A DNA stretch of 64,000 bases, taken from a virus (Duplodnaviria > Caudoviricetes). The position numbers were made by a program, and so were the translations under genes. Positions 1-8,196 of the stretch are shown piece by piece. How positions within the stretch are numbered: position 1 is the first letter of the stretch; the number at the start of each line of letters is the position of its first letter. A model generated the notes under the pieces. That model did no database searches and had not been told where the DNA came from. It worked only from the letters and a program-made list of their open reading frames with translations. The stretch lies in IMG/VR virus record IMGVR_UViG_2728369482_000003, positions 32,001-96,000 of that record. One strand, written 5' to 3'.

Positions 1-2
1 AA

Positions 3-386
3 CGGCAGAAGCTCGAAGCATCGGTGGCCCACCTACGGAGCCAGAAAGTAGCCGATAGTGAGATTCGTTCCCAGCTGGGAGCTATCTACACCCCGAAGTG
101 GAAAATGCCCGATACGGGAGAAGTACTTTCCGAATTCGATTACCAGCTGCTGCAGATCCGAAACGATCCCCAGAAAAGTCTGGAATTGGCCCGCTTCGTT
201 TTGAACCGGGACAAGTTCGTCAAGGAACTCACCACCCAGGCGACCAACCAGGTCGTCGAGCAGAACTACCAGAAACTCAAGTTCAAGCCGAAACCCACGG
301 CAACAACCCCCGCTCCCGGCCAATCGGGACCGGGCCGTCCCCGGACCGATACACCGGAGAATCTCTATAAACCCTTCCTTTCTTAA
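3..386 (+). CDS. 3' end of the gene upstream of the MCP (probable scaffold-like structural protein), truncated by the window edge
   Basis: Frame is open from base 3 to TAA at 386, 3 nt before the MCP start; Pro-rich C-terminal tail. Confidence 0.6.
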   Translation, partial: RQKLEASVAHLRSQKVADSEIRSQLGAIYTPKWKMPDTGEVLSEFDYQLLQIRNDPQKSLELARFVLNRDKFVKELTTQATNQVVEQNYQKLKFKPKPTATTPAPGQSGPGRPRTDTPENLYKPFLS

Positions 387-389
387 CCA

Positions 390-2120
390 ATGATTCAAAC
401 TGGGAGCCCGAATAACGGGATGAACCGGGGTGTTGCCATTCACACGACCAAGCTGGAGCTGGGTACCAAGCACACCGAGAAAAACTCACTCACCCAGCTG
501 ATGGGTCCCTCCGAGCAGTACCTGGGTCTGTTGAAACTCTGGAACCAATACCAGATCATTTCGACTCCGCTGCTGTCGGCTACCGAGCTGAGCAACAACG
601 TGATGTATACCAACGGCCTGGGGGCGTCCCTGAGCTATTCGGTACCCGTCAAGTTTGCCCTGCCCTTTACCACCGACGACATCAACGAGGAAGCCAAACC
701 GGGTCTGAACCGGGAAGTTTTCTGGCTGCTGCTCAACACGCCCAACTACACCAAGGGTGATTTGCTGACCTACGACAGGGAAAACGGTAAGCAGGTCGTC
801 GTCGATTTCTCGGTCGAGGAAAACCCGGCTCCCTACGGGGGCGGAGCCTGGCTCTACGGGGTTAAACTAACCTCGGACGATCCAAAAGATTTCGTGTCCC
901 GCCGGTTTACGGCCGCCGGGATCAGCTGGGTTAAAATCGGTAACGTCAAATCGGAATGGAGCCGGGAAAACTCGGCCATCACCCAGGATTCGGACGGTAC
1001 CGAGACGCTGATGTTCAAGACGGGTAATGCCCTTCAGTCGGTCGAGCACTGGATGACGGGTCACGCCGACATGCTCGAATACAACGTCGATAGCCGGGGT
1101 GGTGGTACGAACCTGGCCCAGACAAAATCCGTCATGGGTCAGTTTGCCGATCCCCACAAGGCGGCCGTGATGTATTTCTTCGAGACCCTGGGTGATCCCA
1201 ACGATCCGAACAACCCGGATATTCAAAAGAATCCGATCCCGAATTCGGGCCGCTGGATGCCAGTCATCATCATGATGCTCATGAAGGAGACCGCCCGGAT
1301 GCAGAACGACTTTTATATGTACTCCCAGGGTGGTGTCGTCTGGGACGGCCGGGGTACGGCAACCCGTATCGGGATGGGGTATTATCCCCAGATCAAATCG
1401 TCGGGTAACTACCACACCTACCAGAAACCCGAGCAGATCGGCCCGCTGCTGAAAGAAATCACGGGGGATCTGTTTTTTGGCCGGGTGGATCTGCCCTACG
1501 ACCAGCGGAAGGTTAAATTCCGGATGGGTATGGGTGCGTTGATCGAAACCCAGAAATACTTTAAACGGGAGTTCGGTCAGGACATCGCCTTCACCGTCTG
1601 GGCCCAACACAAAGCCCTCGATGGAATGCTGACGGGGACCAACCTGGATCTATCCTACAAGGGCTACCGGTTTACTTCGTTTTTGTTCCCCGAAGTAGGG
1701 TTCGTCGAGATCGAACACGATCCGGCCCTGGACCAGATCGGCACCAAGGAAACCAACGGGTTCCGGGGCCGCTACTCGACAAAATCCTACCGGGTGTTTG
1801 TCGAGGATCTCACCGAGGGAGCCTTCTCGAATGCTATGCCCCCGGCGGCCAATTACGACGTCCGGGAAGGTTTCAACAACGGAGCCAACGTGGTACTGGT
1901 CAAGCCCAAAAACTACGATAAGGTTTATAGTTCCTACCGGGTCGGTACCTACTGTCCGGATATGCTCAAAACCTACGTCGGAGCCGGAGCCAATGCCCAC
2001 ATGCGGTCGGATGACGACAACAAGTTCTCGGTTCAGATGCAGTGGGCAGGTGAAGTCTGGGTAAAAGACCCCAGCCGCACAATCCTCATCGAGCTGGAAG
2101 ACCTGCTGGAAACGGCCTAG
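390..2120 (+). CDS. Major capsid protein, crAss-like
   Basis: 576 aa with crAss MCP-like motifs (GTATRIGMGYYPQI, GFVEIEHDPALD, VWVKDPSRTILIE); followed by a terminator-like hairpin; position in the head module. Confidence 0.85.
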   Translation: MIQTGSPNNGMNRGVAIHTTKLELGTKHTEKNSLTQLMGPSEQYLGLLKLWNQYQIISTPLLSATELSNNVMYTNGLGASLSYSVPVKFALPFTTDDINEEAKPGLNREVFWLLLNTPNYTKGDLLTYDRENGKQVVVDFSVEENPAPYGGGAWLYGVKLTSDDPKDFVSRRFTAAGISWVKIGNVKSEWSRENSAITQDSDGTETLMFKTGNALQSVEHWMTGHADMLEYNVDSRGGGTNLAQTKSVMGQFADPHKAAVMYFFETLGDPNDPNNPDIQKNPIPNSGRWMPVIIMMLMKETARMQNDFYMYSQGGVVWDGRGTATRIGMGYYPQIKSSGNYHTYQKPEQIGPLLKEITGDLFFGRVDLPYDQRKVKFRMGMGALIETQKYFKREFGQDIAFTVWAQHKALDGMLTGTNLDLSYKGYRFTSFLFPEVGFVEIEHDPALDQIGTKETNGFRGRYSTKSYRVFVEDLTEGAFSNAMPPAANYDVREGFNNGANVVLVKPKNYDKVYSSYRVGTYCPDMLKTYVGAGANAHMRSDDDNKFSVQMQWAGEVWVKDPSRTILIELEDLLETA

Positions 2121-2129
2121 TTTGATTAC

Positions 2130-2161
2130 CCCCGGCCGGGTAATTCCGGTCGGGGCCTTTT
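2130..2161 (+). terminator. Hairpin / probable intrinsic terminator after the MCP
   Basis: CCCCGGCCGG-GTAATT-CCGGTCGGGG followed by CCTTTT. Confidence 0.6.
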
Positions 2162-2191
2162 AACCACCCCTGAGAACGTACTGACAAGCCT

Positions 2192-3079
2192 ATGGCTGAT
2201 CTAAAATTTATCCGGCAGCGGCCGAGCAAAGTCGCCCGGTACTACGATACCGAAAGCCGGCACAATAACCGCTCGGTCTGGCCGGGTGTCCACCAGACCT
2301 ACGGAGTCCGGCTGGAAACCGATAACCGGACCTGGGTAACGGGACTCAACGCGGATGCGGCCAGCATCCGGGCCATCAAAAATCCAAAGCTCAAGGAAGC
2401 GGCTCAGAAAGAAGCTAGTGACCGGCTTGATTTTTTCACCAAACATTTTAACCAGGATCTGTCGGCAACCTCGGACTTCTGGAGTGATTACCGGCTGGAT
2501 CTGGTTCGACGGGATTTGCTGGAGTACACGCTGGATCTGGAAAAGCCAGAGGAAGCCCTGCAGTACTACGTAGCCATTGCCAACCGGCGGCTGGCCCCGT
2601 CGGAAGAAGACCTGGACGAACCGGCTTACGAAAACACGTTTCTCTACGTCTACGATCCCAAACTGCACATCAGCCGCCGGGCCCGCCTGCGGGAGCTAAA
2701 GGACGAAGTCGGTTCACTGATTCACGCGCAGCGGAACAACCCCGACCGGCTGTTTTACTGGGTGGCTTATCTGAACATGCAGCCCAACATTCACATGAGC
2801 CGGGAAGAGTTGTACGAAAAGCTGAACAACTACCGGGACACCAAAAAAACGGTGGAAGAGTTCGAAGCCCTCGAACTGGTGCTCAACAAAGATTCCGAAG
2901 AACTACAGGCCGCTTATTTGTTCCGGCAGGCCCGTCAGAAAAAACGGATCGTCAAAGTCGGTAGTCAGTACACGCTGCTGGAACACGAACTGGGTAAAAC
3001 CGATTCGGAAGCCATCGATACCCTGCTGCTGCCGGAAAACACTCACCTGCTGGATTCGCTGATGGATCTGGCCCGCTAG
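2192..3079 (+). CDS. Conserved crAss-like head-module protein (gene after MCP)
   Basis: 295 aa, helical; motifs WVTGLN, FWSDY and LDLEKPEE resemble the conserved gene downstream of crAss MCPs; synteny. Confidence 0.6.
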   Translation: MADLKFIRQRPSKVARYYDTESRHNNRSVWPGVHQTYGVRLETDNRTWVTGLNADAASIRAIKNPKLKEAAQKEASDRLDFFTKHFNQDLSATSDFWSDYRLDLVRRDLLEYTLDLEKPEEALQYYVAIANRRLAPSEEDLDEPAYENTFLYVYDPKLHISRRARLRELKDEVGSLIHAQRNNPDRLFYWVAYLNMQPNIHMSREELYEKLNNYRDTKKTVEEFEALELVLNKDSEELQAAYLFRQARQKKRIVKVGSQYTLLEHELGKTDSEAIDTLLLPENTHLLDSLMDLAR

Positions 3080-3697
3080 ATGACCACCGAACAGCTGTAC
3101 TACCAGAGCCTGGCCCAGCTAAGCCGGCTGGGTACGGGGGTTGGTCAGAAGATCGAACCCGACATCTGGGTTGCCCTCTGGAACGCGGCTCAGGCCAGCT
3201 GGTTCGGTAAGTCCCTGGAAAGCCGGTCGGATTCAGTACTCCGGGATCAGCTCAGCTACCTCTACGTTCCCGACGAACTGCTGACCCCTGTACAGGGAGA
3301 AACCCCCGACCGGTTCCGCTCGTTTAACCTACCCGATACCCTCTACCAGCTGACCAGCATCCGAGTACGGGCTATCCGTGACAGCTGCGAAGCCGAGCTG
3401 CTGGCCACACCCCAGATGCCCCAGCTAGTAGCCGAGCAGTGGGAAGACCCGATGCTGCGGCCGGACTTCGACTGGCGGGAAACGATCTACAGCCAGGCCC
3501 GGGGCAAGCTACTGGTTTACCAGCGAAACTTTCAGGTAAACCAGGCCCGTATCAGCTACTACCAACGGCCCATCGATCTGGAGCTACCCGGTTACCAGAA
3601 ACTCGACGGGTCGATTAGCCAGGCAATCAATTCGGACATGCCGGCCGAGCTGCAACAGGAGATCCTTCAGCTGCTTTTGCCCCAGCTACAAGCCTAA
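3080..3697 (+). CDS. Neck/ring structural protein
   Basis: 205 aa; N-terminal helical segment (WNAAQ), then LPDTLY, PDFDWRET and YYQRP motifs typical of crAss ring proteins. Confidence 0.6.
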   Translation: MTTEQLYYQSLAQLSRLGTGVGQKIEPDIWVALWNAAQASWFGKSLESRSDSVLRDQLSYLYVPDELLTPVQGETPDRFRSFNLPDTLYQLTSIRVRAIRDSCEAELLATPQMPQLVAEQWEDPMLRPDFDWRETIYSQARGKLLVYQRNFQVNQARISYYQRPIDLELPGYQKLDGSISQAINSDMPAELQQEILQLLLPQLQA

Positions 3698-3748
3698 CCT
3701 TTTCTTTTTTACCCCTACCCTTTTTTCCGGTACGCACCGGATCCCTTT

Positions 3749-5677
3749 ATGAACGAAGGAAAACTTTACAACGGCCAGCGAATCTCGATGGTCACAAACA
3801 ACACCAAGTTGTTCGCCGGGACTGGTCCTGAAGACCTGGCAACCGAGCAGATTGGTGTGTTTCAGCAGGACGGTAAGACCCGCTTCAAAGGGACCCGTAC
3901 ACCGGTCAAAAACAAAGGCCGCAAGTTTAAAATCATGCAGGGTTTCCCGAATCGGTATTCGGCCCTGACGTCCCGGGCTCAGCTGCCCTCCTTCCCCCAC
4001 CAGACGGTCGAATTCAAGGCCGAACAGATCGTGGGCTGGAACGGGATTGCCGCCAAACCCTTTACCAAAGAGCCGATGGTAGCCGTGGGTTACGACGGTT
4101 CGGATGCGGCCAAAACCCTTTCGGTTAAAAAAGGAGAATCGGTTCAGTTCCATTTGCACCTGACGGGATCACCCATCCATAAGCTGACCAACCAGCGGGG
4201 CTGGCTCCACCAGGAATTCAACATCGAACCCGACTGTCTGGGCGATGCCGAACCCGGTACCCAACAGGCCTGCGCGAAAATCCAGAAGGCCTTCCTCGAC
4301 CAGTTCGAACGGAAAACCTTTGGTACCATTCCGCTCAAAACTCTGGTCAAAGCCACGGGTGTTTCGACCTGTGATACCCCGCCGTCGGGTCTGGTTCAGT
4401 TCAGTGAATACAGCATCGACGTTACCGATACGGGCTCGGAAGCGGCCCTGGGCCGGGTTCAGGCCCAGTACCCCGGTAAAGTCGTTACCCGGAAAAGCTA
4501 CGCCGACCAGATCTCGACTTACCTAGTTCAGACGCCTTCGGGAGCCGGTAACGCCCCGGCTCAGCTATCGGTAAGCAAGAACCCCGTGTTGCCCAACTGT
4601 TCGACCTGTCCGAGTGGCTACACACTGGTGGCTCAGGGTTCGGTCTTTGAGGTTACGGTACCCAACGACACGACTCCGGCCGACCAGCCCGGTCAGATCA
4701 GCAAAACCAAAATTGGCGGACAGCCCGAAGAAGCCGTCTTCCAGTACGTTATGCCGGCCGCCCAGGATCCGGCCCAGTTCGAGACCAACATCAAAGCCGG
4801 TACGGGTACCGCTTCGGCCGAAGTGAAGTTTCAGGGACTCCAGCGGGGTCTGTGTACGCCCCCGGCGGCCCAGACATTATCCTGGACGGCAACCGGTAAA
4901 ACCTTCTCGAAGGCTCCCGCCGACTACACGATTACCCTGCAGGATACGACCTGCGGTACGTCCCGGCTGGTCGAATTGCAGGCCCGCTACGGTTCGGGGG
5001 TATCCGAAGACGTGGATGGTCAGTGTACCCGCCGGTATAAACTGACGACTTACTCGGATGCAGTTTTCGACGACAGCTGCGGGCTGGAACGCTACAAGTT
5101 CGTGGCCCCCGATGCCTACGACAGCATTCCCTGGGTACCGGTAGTGCTGACGGGTTCGGGTACAACGGGTTGCTCGTGCGGTATTATCCTGGAAGGAGCC
5201 CGGTTTATCCGGCCGGTAAACGAGGTAACGTTCCCGCTGATCGGCTACGACCGGCGTGATCTGGAACCCGTTCAGATCCGGGTATCGGCGTTCTCCCACG
5301 ATTATACGGGGCCGGTCTGTCAGACAACGTCGGTTCCCTTCACGATCCTGCAGAACTCGGATTATCCGGTTGGTTTTGGCCGGGACGTCATTGAGACCGA
5401 ACGGGACAGCCTGGGTTATTTTCTGAAGGAGTACACCTATCACCCGATCGTTCGGGAACTCTACGGGGATCGGTTCATTGCCAAGCCGGAGCTGTACTAC
5501 GACGAGTACCAGCTGACGGTAAACACGAAGTCGAACAACATGGGCTTCTTCGGGGAAACGGGCTTTAAGATTATGTACCGGTTTTTCTTCCCGGTCGGGC
5601 AGGGTAAGGAGTTCGAAGCAGCCATCAACTCGCTGGTGGCTTCGGTAGACTCTGACCTGTCCCTGGTAACCCTCTAA
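3749..5677 (+). CDS. Cys-rich structural (auxiliary capsid/decoration) protein
   Basis: 642 aa, beta-rich with Cys pairs (CSTCPSGY, GCSCGI); strong codon bias; followed by a terminator. Confidence 0.65.
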   Translation: MNEGKLYNGQRISMVTNNTKLFAGTGPEDLATEQIGVFQQDGKTRFKGTRTPVKNKGRKFKIMQGFPNRYSALTSRAQLPSFPHQTVEFKAEQIVGWNGIAAKPFTKEPMVAVGYDGSDAAKTLSVKKGESVQFHLHLTGSPIHKLTNQRGWLHQEFNIEPDCLGDAEPGTQQACAKIQKAFLDQFERKTFGTIPLKTLVKATGVSTCDTPPSGLVQFSEYSIDVTDTGSEAALGRVQAQYPGKVVTRKSYADQISTYLVQTPSGAGNAPAQLSVSKNPVLPNCSTCPSGYTLVAQGSVFEVTVPNDTTPADQPGQISKTKIGGQPEEAVFQYVMPAAQDPAQFETNIKAGTGTASAEVKFQGLQRGLCTPPAAQTLSWTATGKTFSKAPADYTITLQDTTCGTSRLVELQARYGSGVSEDVDGQCTRRYKLTTYSDAVFDDSCGLERYKFVAPDAYDSIPWVPVVLTGSGTTGCSCGIILEGARFIRPVNEVTFPLIGYDRRDLEPVQIRVSAFSHDYTGPVCQTTSVPFTILQNSDYPVGFGRDVIETERDSLGYFLKEYTYHPIVRELYGDRFIAKPELYYDEYQLTVNTKSNNMGFFGETGFKIMYRFFFPVGQGKEFEAAINSLVASVDSDLSLVTL

Positions 5678-5693
5678 GGTGGTTGTGATGCGG

Positions 5694-5727
5694 ATGGGGT
5701 GGTGTCGATGATACCACCCCATTTTTT
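5694..5727 (+). terminator. Intrinsic terminator
   Basis: ATGGGGTGGTGTC-GAT-GATACCACCCCAT followed by TTTTT. Confidence 0.85.
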
Positions 5728-5753
5728 ATGGCTCCCGTTTTTTTCTTTTTCCC

Positions 5754-6221
5754 ATGACCCGTCATCACCTCGAACTGCTTTCGCTGCCGGCCACCGACGA
5801 GACCATCCTGCTGCAGGACCTGTCGGTTTATAACGGCTACCCCGAATACCCTCGGCTCGTACTTACGGTTCCGGGCCGAAATAGCTGCTCGGTTCCCATC
5901 AAACCCGGAGAAACCACCGTCATCCGGCCCCTGAACCCGGGAGAACTACTGCCCGACGGTATCTACACGGCTGATTACTCGGTAACCCCGCACGACCAGA
6001 TCCAGCTTTGTTACCCCTTTCTGAGAACCTACCAGCTGGAATGCCGGCTTAACCGCTGGATTCAGACCATCGACTGGTTGCAGGAACCGGTGACCAGCCG
6101 TAACTACCAGACCCTGCAAAAAGTCACGGCCCTGCTGCTGGCGGCTACCTCATCGGTTCAGGCCGGGGATTTAGCCGGGGGGCAGCGGTATTTTCAGGGG
6201 TTACAAACCACCTGTCCGTGA
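5754..6221 (+). CDS. Conserved crAss-like structural protein (tail hub/adaptor-like)
   Basis: 155 aa; DLSVY..P.L..TVPG and LPDGIY..YSV.P motifs resemble those in crAss structural modules. Confidence 0.55.
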   Translation: MTRHHLELLSLPATDETILLQDLSVYNGYPEYPRLVLTVPGRNSCSVPIKPGETTVIRPLNPGELLPDGIYTADYSVTPHDQIQLCYPFLRTYQLECRLNRWIQTIDWLQEPVTSRNYQTLQKVTALLLAATSSVQAGDLAGGQRYFQGLQTTCP

Positions 6222-6400
6222 ACCTCTCTACCCCGCACCTGCGGTATCTGCTCACCCAGCTACCCCGGCTGAGCTGCCCCAAAAAGCATGACATCTACCG
6301 AACAGTCCTGGAGACCGCCCTGCTGCGACCAGACCGCCGGCCGTATCAACCTGAAATCGAGCTTCTCACCCGGGCTTTCGGCGGTTCAGCAAACGGCTGA
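6218..6400 (+). CDS. Small hypothetical protein
   Basis: 60 aa; GTG start overlaps the upstream stop (GTGA). Confidence 0.4.
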   Translation: MNLSTPHLRYLLTQLPRLSCPKKHDIYRTVLETALLRPDRRPYQPEIELLTRAFGGSANG

Positions 6401-6504
6401 TTCCATCTTGTCCGAAACCCTGGGAGCCCGCTCCCACCTTTCCTCCTCGGCAATCTGGCTGGCCTACTGGGCTAGTCGGAGCCGCCGGTTAACCTGTTTA
6501 TCCC

Positions 6505-8196
6505 GTGGCCTGTCAGCCTGCTAATCCCTGCCAAAAACCAACCTGTACCCGCTGCCAGGGAACAGGTTCAACCACTCCGGGTTCGGGGACGGGTCTGATT
6601 ATCGATTCAAGCCAGGTTATCTACCACCTGACCCCCGGCCAGACCAGTAAGCTGATTTGCCTGGCGCTGGCCAACGGGGTTAGTCTGGAGACGATTCTGG
6701 AACGGATCGATCAGGCCCTGTGCGCCCGTAGTCTGCCCGAACCGGCCAAGCTAAATCTGGCCTGCTTTCTGCAGAACAAACCGGCTCCGGCTACGATGGG
6801 GGGGTTGCTGGAAGCTATTGGCCAGGCTATCTGTAACCTGCGGACGGCCACCGACATCGGTAATCTGATTCAGCAACTGCTGGCCAGTTCGGTATTTGTC
6901 TCGGGGCTGGCCACACTGATTGCCACCAACCCCAGCTTTATTTCCACGCTGCTGGCCAACCAGAGTTTTCTCTCTCAACTGGCCGCCAGTGAGTACTTCG
7001 TTTCCCAGCTGGCCAACAATCCCAGCTTTATTACCCAGGTCGGTACCAAGCTGGTAAATGATTCCCACTTTGTCTCCAGCCTGGTGCAGAAGATCACCAC
7101 GGATCCAACCCTGAAAGAGCAGTTCTGCTGCGATACGGGGGGCTCGTCCCCCTGCCAGACAATGATCGTCGGCGGAGTTCCCCAGGTTATCTGTTCCTGC
7201 CAGGCTCCGACGAGTCTGCTGCTGACGGGGCCGGCTACGGGTTCCCCAGACACCGATCTGACCTACCAGCTGAGCTACGCCGGAACGCCGGGCCACGTCA
7301 GCTGGAGCATTGCCGGGGGTCAGATTCAGTCCCAGACGGATACAGCGGCCACCGTTCGCTTCAGCCAGTCAGGTAGTCTGACGGCCACGGTGACGGGCTG
7401 CGACGGGAATAACTACCCCGTCAGCAAACAAACCAGTATCGGCCCGGCCTGCATACCGGTAAGCGGCCTGACCATCACCGGTCAGATCAAGCCGATTCCG
7501 GGTACCAGCGTTACCTACCAGCGGGCCGTAACGGCCGGTACGGTACTCAGCCACAGCTGGACCATCTCGGGTGGTATCATTACCGGTTCGGCTTCGGGCG
7601 AATCGGTGACGGTTACCTGGACGGGCAACGGTATTCCGGGCGTACTCAGCCTGTCGGTCAATGACTGTTCGGGCTCGGCCAAAACCACCCAGCTCTCGGT
7701 TGCTCCCCAGCAATTGACCACCGAGCAGATCGGGGAGCTGAGTGCCAGCTGCCGGATCAGTGGGTCCTGTAACGATAACGGACTTTGCAGCGTTCGTCAC
7801 CTGGTCAGCTTCAGCGGCTTACAGCCGAATCTGGGCTACAGTGCCGAACTGGAAACAGCGTCGGCCAGCGGAGCCAGTCTGACCGTACTGGATTTCAACC
7901 AGTCATCTACTACGGCCGTTGGCCAACTGGTGTATACCCAGCTTAGCGGTACGGGCAGCTACAGCGGGGCCCTTGTGCTTAAACAGGGCGGTCAGACCAT
8001 CGGCAGCAAGCTACTGACCCTAACTAACTCCAGCAGCTTTGCCGCCCTGCCATCGTGTCAGAGTCCGGCTACCGTACAACCCACCAACTCGGCCGGTCAG
8101 TACACCGTCAGCTTTGACGATACCGGTCTGACGCCCCCCTACACCTATACTCTCAAAGACCAGGCCGGTACGACCCAGGCCAGCGGCAGTTTATGA
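6505..8196 (+). CDS. Cys-rich fibre/decoration protein with helical repeats and PKD/Ig-like domains
   Basis: 563 aa; Cys-rich N-terminus, about 9-aa LxxNxxFxS repeats, two PKD-like units (WSIAGGQI, WTISGGII). Confidence 0.65.
   Translation: MACQPANPCQKPTCTRCQGTGSTTPGSGTGLIIDSSQVIYHLTPGQTSKLICLALANGVSLETILERIDQALCARSLPEPAKLNLACFLQNKPAPATMGGLLEAIGQAICNLRTATDIGNLIQQLLASSVFVSGLATLIATNPSFISTLLANQSFLSQLAASEYFVSQLANNPSFITQVGTKLVNDSHFVSSLVQKITTDPTLKEQFCCDTGGSSPCQTMIVGGVPQVICSCQAPTSLLLTGPATGSPDTDLTYQLSYAGTPGHVSWSIAGGQIQSQTDTAATVRFSQSGSLTATVTGCDGNNYPVSKQTSIGPACIPVSGLTITGQIKPIPGTSVTYQRAVTAGTVLSHSWTISGGIITGSASGESVTVTWTGNGIPGVLSLSVNDCSGSAKTTQLSVAPQQLTTEQIGELSASCRISGSCNDNGLCSVRHLVSFSGLQPNLGYSAELETASASGASLTVLDFNQSSTTAVGQLVYTQLSGTGSYSGALVLKQGGQTIGSKLLTLTNSSSFAALPSCQSPATVQPTNSAGQYTVSFDDTGLTPPYTYTLKDQAGTTQASGSL

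Noticed and set aside
6288-6524. 78-aa ORF overlapping 6218..6400
   Set aside because: It overlaps both neighbours; cannot decide whether it is real, so it was not called.
8185-8196. Canonical -1 slippery site at the fibre gene junction
   Set aside because: The sequence GGC AGT TTA TGA is not an X XXY YYZ heptamer, so frameshifting remains only a weak alternative.
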